From NCBI GenBank assembly GCA_963849135.1, contig CAWKGF010000001.1, forward strand, positions 66,801-130,800: DNA of 64,000 nucleotides. Reading direction: 5' to 3'. The notes below the pieces were generated by a model, which worked only from the letters and a program-made list of their open reading frames with translations, ran no database searches and was not told the DNA's origin. Shown here piece after piece: positions 60,404 through 64,000 of this stretch (the stretch's first letter is position 1; each line of letters starts with the position of its first letter). The translations under genes were made by a program, and so were the position numbers. Source of the DNA: an uncultured Actinomycetes bacterium. GTDB lineage: Bacteria > Actinomycetota > Acidimicrobiia > IMCC26256 > PALSA-555.

Positions 60404-60447
60404 TTGCCAAGGTGAGGGTCGCGGGTTCGAATCCCGTCGTCCGCTCC
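60404..60447. repeat. attR: displaced original 3' end of tRNA-Gly (44-bp copy), here followed by A so that CCA is encoded
   Basis: Identical to 56507..56550. The sequence continues ..cgtccgctCCA at attR but ..cgtccgctCCG at attL. Confidence 0.9.
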
Positions 60448-60460
60448 AAGAAGTGCTGGT

Positions 60461-60484
60461 CAGGCCTTCGTTCTCGGAGGCCTG
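60461..60484 (+). terminator. Hairpin after the displaced tRNA 3' end (probable ancestral tRNA terminator)
   Basis: caggccttcg-ttct-cggaggcctg, a 10-bp stem with one G-U pair. Its position and flanking gctggtcag are homologous to the hairpin at 56564..56589. Confidence 0.5.
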
Positions 60485-60526
60485 TCGCATTCTCGGGCGG
60501 GTCGTGTCCATCCACTGTCCATCCCC

Positions 60527-60572
60527 GGTGTCGGTACCGGGTCTTGACAGGTGTCGGTACCGGGTCTTGACA
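60527..60572. repeat. Perfect 23-bp tandem direct repeat x2 (ggtgtcggtaccgggtcttgaca)
   Basis: Read directly from the sequence. Each unit contains the palindrome CGGTACCG and a TTGACA hexamer. A partial third unit (tgtcgg) follows. Confidence 0.9.
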
Positions 60573-60602
60573 TGTCGGCAGCGGGGAGACGTGCTGGGCG
60601 CG

Positions 60603-60911
60603 TCAAGGTCTGTTGTCCCACCGGGTCATTTTGGTGAGGGTGGGGTCCATGATCAGCTGCAAGGCGTTCTGGGCCATCACGTTGGACGCGACACGCGCCT
60701 GCCAGCCGAGAACGGCCTCGGTCCAGTCCTGCGTCGAGACGCCCGCCCGCTCTGCGTTCGTGGCGGTCACGTTGCCGCCGGCACCGGCCCGCGGGATCTG
60801 GGTCACCTGGACGTAGGTCTGGAGGCTGACCCCGTTGATCGGCTGCAACTCGGGGCTGTCCCAATCGATCCCCCACTTTTGCTCCGGAGTACGCCTACGG
60901 AATAGACCCAT
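60603..60911 (-). CDS. Hypothetical protein (102 aa)
   Basis: ATG start and good GC3 coding bias when translated by hand. No family recognised. Confidence 0.55.
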   Translation of the reverse strand: MGLFRRRTPEQKWGIDWDSPELQPINGVSLQTYVQVTQIPRAGAGGNVTATNAERAGVSTQDWTEAVLGWQARVASNVMAQNALQLIMDPTLTKMTRWDNRP

Positions 60912-61009
60912 GACCCCTCCCTTGCGGTGGTCGTGGCGCGAGCCGCGTCAAGCGGCGCGCCGCCAACATGATCGCAGCCACCCAACGCAGAGTCCTGAGT
61001 AGACGCTAC

Positions 61010-61255
61010 TCAGACCAGCAGGCCAGGCACCGGCTCCGGGGGCACAGCGGCGTCTCTCGTCACCAAGTCATGGTCGAGGAGGAGGAAGAAAAAGAACAAG
61101 AAGCTCACGAACACGAAGACGATGATCAGCATCGTCGTGATGATCACGAAGAGGGCGACGAGCAGGGCGACGAAGACGACGGGCAGCAAGGGCATGAACA
61201 AGAACAGCCGGCAGGCGCGGGAGAGCCCCGGTTCCGGGTACCTCATCGCCGGCAT
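61010..61255 (-). CDS. Small, extremely hydrophobic membrane protein (81 aa)
   Basis: About 43 consecutive hydrophobic residues (LFLFMPLLPVVFVALLVALFVIITTMLIIVFVFVSFLFFFFLLL). Minus-strand codons are GC3-rich (TTC, GTC, CTG, ATC), whereas the overlapping plus-strand acidic ORF uses GAA/GAT. A hairpin overlaps the stop codon. Confidence 0.6.
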   Translation of the reverse strand: MPAMRYPEPGLSRACRLFLFMPLLPVVFVALLVALFVIITTMLIIVFVFVSFLFFFFLLLDHDLVTRDAAVPPEPVPGLLV

Positions 61256-61294
61256 CAGGACTTCTCTCGCCCGGTGAGGGTCTTGAGAACGCCT

Positions 61295-61391
61295 GTAAAC
61301 GATCGTTTATAAGGGGTGGGTGTAAGCGTTCGTTTTCAGTTGGCACATGTAAACGAACGTATACAATAGATAATTGTAAACGCTCGCTTAC
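61295..61391. promoter_or_regulatory. Array of four 16-bp pseudo-palindromic operators (consensus GTAAACGnnCGTTTAC) with exact 27-bp phasing
   Basis: GTAAACGATCGTTTAT (61295), GTAAGCGTTCGTTTTC (61322), GTAAACGAACGTATAC (61349) and GTAAACGCTCGCTTAC (61376). They lie in an AT-rich divergent region between the 81-aa membrane ORF and the XRE/HipB-like gene. Confidence 0.8.
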
Positions 61392-61395
61392 ACTA

Positions 61396-61716
61396 TTGAA
61401 ATCGCTCCAAAATTCCGCCCAAAAGGGACATCGCGAAAATCAGCTCGCCCCACGACCTCGCGGTGGCCGCCCGCAGCCGACGCCAGGACCTCGGCCTGAT
61501 GCAGACCGAGCTGGCGTCGCAGGCCGGGGTCTCCCGTCTCTGGCTCAACCAGATCGAGGGCGGGCAAGCCAACCGCCGAATTCAGCCTCGTGATCCGCCT
61601 CGTTGACGCTCTTGGCCTCCGTCTTGAGCTGCACAGGGGACGACGTCCGCGGCGACGACGCCTTCCCGCCATCGCGAGATCTCGACAAGGTACTTAGGGA
61701 CTACCGCAACCGATGA
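61396..61716 (+). pseudogene. XRE-family HTH, HipB-like antitoxin gene, frame broken about three times
   Basis: Joining frames gives MKSLQNSAQKGHRE / ISSPHDLAVAARSRRQDLGLMQTELASQAGVSRLWLNQIEGG / KPTAEFSLVIRLVDALGLRLELHR / DDVRGDDAFPPSRDLDKVLRDYRNR*. The breaks lie near 61436 (A-run), 61563 and 61640. The stop overlaps the next ATG (ATGA). Confidence 0.6.
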
Positions 61717-61835
61717 CCGACCCACTCGTCGCCATCCTCGAGACGCCCGTGGACGCCTCCGCTTCGACTATGCGGACGCCGAGGGAGCTATGCCGTCGGC
61801 GGTGGCTATTCCTCATTCCAGTCATTGATCACGAC
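61713..61835 (+). pseudogene. HipA-family toxin gene remnant (N-terminal 40 or so codons only, frameshifted)
   Basis: MTDPLVAIL.. then, one frame over, DARGRLRFDYADAEGAMPSAVAIPHSSH*. This resembles the HipA N-terminal coupling domain (L.V.L.g..vG.L.F.Y). The kinase body is absent, since the next gene starts at 61961. Confidence 0.5.
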
Positions 61836-61960
61836 GCGGGTTTGGGCCAGGGATCAGAAGATGTTGAAATAGTGCTCAAGCGACATCCCGAGCAGTGACG
61901 CGTTACCCAGGCCACAGGCGCGGTGCGGGGGCGACCGTGACCGGTCAGAGAGGCGGTGTC

Positions 61961-62704
61961 ATGTCCAACGCGCAGTTGTACGACACCATCGGAGCCACCT
62001 ACACCGTGACCCGTCGCACCGAGCCGCGGATCGCCGCGCGGATCTGGGCTGCGCTCGGCGATGCCCGGACAGTACTGAACGTCGGGGCGGGCACCGGGTC
62101 CTACGAGCCCCCCGACCGCCACGTCCTCGCGGTGGAACCGTCGGCGCTCATGCGTTCGCAGCGCCTCCCTGACGCGGCGCCGTGCCTGGCTGCATCTGCC
62201 GAGAACCTGCCGTTCGATGACCAGTCCTTCGACGCCGCGATGGCTTTTTCCACCGTTCATCACTGGCAGGACCCGATCGCCGGCCTGCGCGAGATGCGGC
62301 GCGTTGCTCGCCGCGTGGTGGTGTTCACGTTCGACACCAGTGTCCCTAGCCAGTTCTGGCTGACTCGTGACTACCTGCCCGAGTTCGCTGCCTTGAGAGC
62401 CTGCAGAGTCTTGGCATCGCTGACCGAGCTGGCCCGCGCGATCGGAGCCCAGATGGAACCGGTGCCCATCCCGTGGGACTGCGCTGACGGCTTCTTCGAG
62501 GCCTACTGGCGCCGGCCCGAGGCATACCTGGACGAGAATGTGCGTCGCGGAATATCGGTCTGGGCCACAGTCGGGCCGGATGCCGAGCAGAGGGCAGTGC
62601 ACAGCCTCCGCAATGACCTCACCTCAGGTCGGTGGGCCGAACGCAACCGCGACCTCGTCGATCTCGACGCAGCAGAGCTTGGTGCGCGCCTGCTTATCGC
62701 CTGA
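61961..62704 (+). CDS. Class I SAM-dependent methyltransferase
   Basis: VLNVGAGTGSYEP (motif I), LPFDDQSFDAAMAFSTVHHW and REMRRVARRVVVF. Confidence 0.8.
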   Translation: MSNAQLYDTIGATYTVTRRTEPRIAARIWAALGDARTVLNVGAGTGSYEPPDRHVLAVEPSALMRSQRLPDAAPCLAASAENLPFDDQSFDAAMAFSTVHHWQDPIAGLREMRRVARRVVVFTFDTSVPSQFWLTRDYLPEFAALRACRVLASLTELARAIGAQMEPVPIPWDCADGFFEAYWRRPEAYLDENVRRGISVWATVGPDAEQRAVHSLRNDLTSGRWAERNRDLVDLDAAELGARLLIA

Positions 62705-62816
62705 ACCCGCCACATCTGGGTACGGTCTCTTCGGGTCCGCTGGTTGGTTGCTTCACGGTGGCCGGGCTCGGATTATCGTCCTGGCGGCGAGGCGGCCTTA
62801 GCTCGAGGGAGTTGGC

Positions 62817-63062
62817 ATGACTGCACTCAACGTGTCGATGGTGACAGACCACGGGCACCGGATTGTGCTCAGCACCGAAGGTACTCAGGTCGAGCTTCCA
62901 CCCGTGGAGAACCTGCTCTTCTACGCTGGGCTCGGCGCGCTGGTCGCGGCCAACGTGGTCGAGTTGCCGGTGGCGCTCGTGCTCACCGTCGGCCACATCC
63001 TCATTCAGCTGACGCACCGCCCCGGGCTGGAGGCACTCGGCGCCGCCTTCGAGGAGGTCTGA
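62817..63062 (+). CDS. Hypothetical small protein (81 aa) with one hydrophobic segment
   Basis: ATG start preceded by gggag, and an acceptable coding bias. No family recognised. Confidence 0.4.
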   Translation: MTALNVSMVTDHGHRIVLSTEGTQVELPPVENLLFYAGLGALVAANVVELPVALVLTVGHILIQLTHRPGLEALGAAFEEV

Positions 63063-63241
63063 TCGACGCGGTCCGCGTCTGTCTGGGAGCAACTCCAACC
63101 GGTTGAATGCCCGGCCCCTGGGCACGGCAACCCACGTGGCGTCCATGGCTCCCGCTTCCTGCCCAACACGCATCTCGTTGGCGGCACCCGTTTCAGTCGT
63201 CGCGGACAGCCGGGCGGCAGTTGCTCCGTCCCGGTTCGTCT

Positions 63242-64000
63242 CTAGAGGTCGCTGACCCCGGTGGGCTCGGTCGGACGCGGGTCACGAGGCCCCTGCTGGT
63301 CGCCGCGGTGCGCGACGAGTTGCTCTCCCAAGCGGGCGAGCGCCCGTGGCACCACCACAGAAGCGCCCGTCGCCCCGGTCGAGGCGCCGACTGCGGTGAG
63401 CCAGCCGATCGGGCCGAGCGGACGGCATCCAAAGAACTGGCTGATGCCCGGAACCTGAATCGCGGCGATCAGCGCGGCCGCACTGGCGCCGGTCGCGCCG
63501 AGCACGAGGGGGCTTCGGCCGCCAACGACCAACGTCTGACCGAGTTGGGTCCCCACCAGCGCGGCGAGCGCGATCGTCCGTGCTCGGGTCGGTGTGCCCG
63601 TCATGCGCGCGATGACCCAGGCGGTTGTCGCGCCGGTGGCGGTCGCGCCTGCTCGCACAGCGATCTGGCGGGCGAGAGCGCCACCCAGTGACGCGTCAGG
63701 TCCGGCGTAGAGGAGCGCCTCGGTCGTGCGGTCGGGTGGTTCCCGCAGGGCGATCGCGAGGGCGGGAGCCATGTCGGTCAGCAGATTGACGAGGAGGAGC
63801 TGTCGGGGGTTGAGTGGCGAGGTGCCCGTGATCGCTGAGCCGACCAGGATGAATCCCATCTCGCCGAGGTTTCCGCCGACCAAGATGCCCACGGCATCAC
63901 GGACTGAGTCCCACATGCCCCGGCTCTCCGCGATGGCGTCGACGATCGTCTCGATTCGATCGTCGAAGATCACCACGTCCGCGGTGGCTCGGGCGGCGGC
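63242..64000 (-). CDS. Cation-transporting P-type ATPase, C-terminal part (5' end outside the window)
   Basis: ADVVIFDDRIETIVDAIAESRGMWDSVRDAVGILVGGNLGEMGF...PRQLLLVNLLTDMAPALAIAL is the post-hinge and TM5-TM6 region of P-type ATPases. The frame stays open to base 64000. Confidence 0.8.
   Translation of the reverse strand, partial: AAARATADVVIFDDRIETIVDAIAESRGMWDSVRDAVGILVGGNLGEMGFILVGSAITGTSPLNPRQLLLVNLLTDMAPALAIALREPPDRTTEALLYAGPDASLGGALARQIAVRAGATATGATTAWVIARMTGTPTRARTIALAALVGTQLGQTLVVGGRSPLVLGATGASAAALIAAIQVPGISQFFGCRPLGPIGWLTAVGASTGATGASVVVPRALARLGEQLVAHRGDQQGPRDPRPTEPTGVSDL

Larger units (their letters stand above)
56507..60447. mobile_element. Small (about 3.9 kb) integrative element inserted in the 3' end of tRNA-Gly(GCC)
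   Basis: Bounded by 44-bp perfect direct repeats derived from the tRNA 3' half. A tyrosine integrase lies adjacent to the intact tRNA, followed by an excisionase-type HTH, with visibly lower GC at 57.7-58.8 kb. No replication or transfer genes are present. Confidence 0.85.

Noticed and set aside
60968-61312. 114-aa plus-strand ORF encoding a very acidic His/Asp/Glu-rich peptide.
   Set aside because: Its codons are GAA/GAT/CAT-rich with low GC3, unlike genuine genes here. The complementary frame has high GC3 and encodes a plausible membrane protein, so the acidic ORF is taken as the mirror image.

Overview
High-GC (about 70%) actinobacterial chromosomal segment, mostly operonic, with no rRNA genes and no CRISPR arrays. 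Layout: (1) 1-17.6 kb is a cell-envelope glycoconjugate cluster. It holds several GT-C membrane glycosyltransferases, polyprenol-P-mannose synthase, a GT2+DUF2304 pair, a GT4, a giant AftD-like arabinofuranosyltransferase-family protein, an SGNH hydrolase, a LytR_C protein and a FecR-domain protein with a Thr-rich tail. (2) 18.5-23.6 kb is a branched-chain-amino-acid-type ABC transporter. (3) 23.8-37.2 kb holds mixed metabolic genes: an MBL hydrolase, an aldolase/dehydrogenase pair, a JmjC-cupin gene beside an integrase relic, a crotonase/thiolase/ACAD/APH-kinase lipid operon, and HIT, GNAT and F420 enzymes. (4) 37.3-39.4 kb has two paralogous secreted SGNH-like proteins. (5) 39.5-52.2 kb has an ACAD, a four-subunit (gamma-delta-alpha-beta) 2-oxoacid:ferredoxin oxidoreductase, TetR, two acyl-CoA synthetases and a second ABC system with a fused permease. 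(6) 52.3-56.4 kb has Fur-family regulator, rubrerythrin, DUF3501 and dut, then two F420-dependent LLM oxidoreductases. (7) 56.5-60.4 kb is a 3.9-kb integrative element in tRNA-Gly(GCC), bounded by 44-bp direct repeats and carrying integrase, excisionase, a small HTH ORF and a glycine-rich secreted protein. (8) 60.4-63.2 kb is an accessory patch: a 23-bp tandem repeat, a two-gene membrane/unknown unit, a strictly phased array of four palindromic operators, a decayed hipBA-like module and a methyltransferase. It is followed by the 3' end of a P-type ATPase gene. About 20 single-nucleotide frame disruptions interrupt otherwise well-conserved genes. This looks more like assembly indel error than true decay, except in the hipBA remnant. 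The most unusual signals are the operator array with its divergent small hydrophobic protein, and the minimal tRNA-Gly element. I did not identify a complete undescribed system: every functional assignment rests on my recognition of translated motifs, with no database search.
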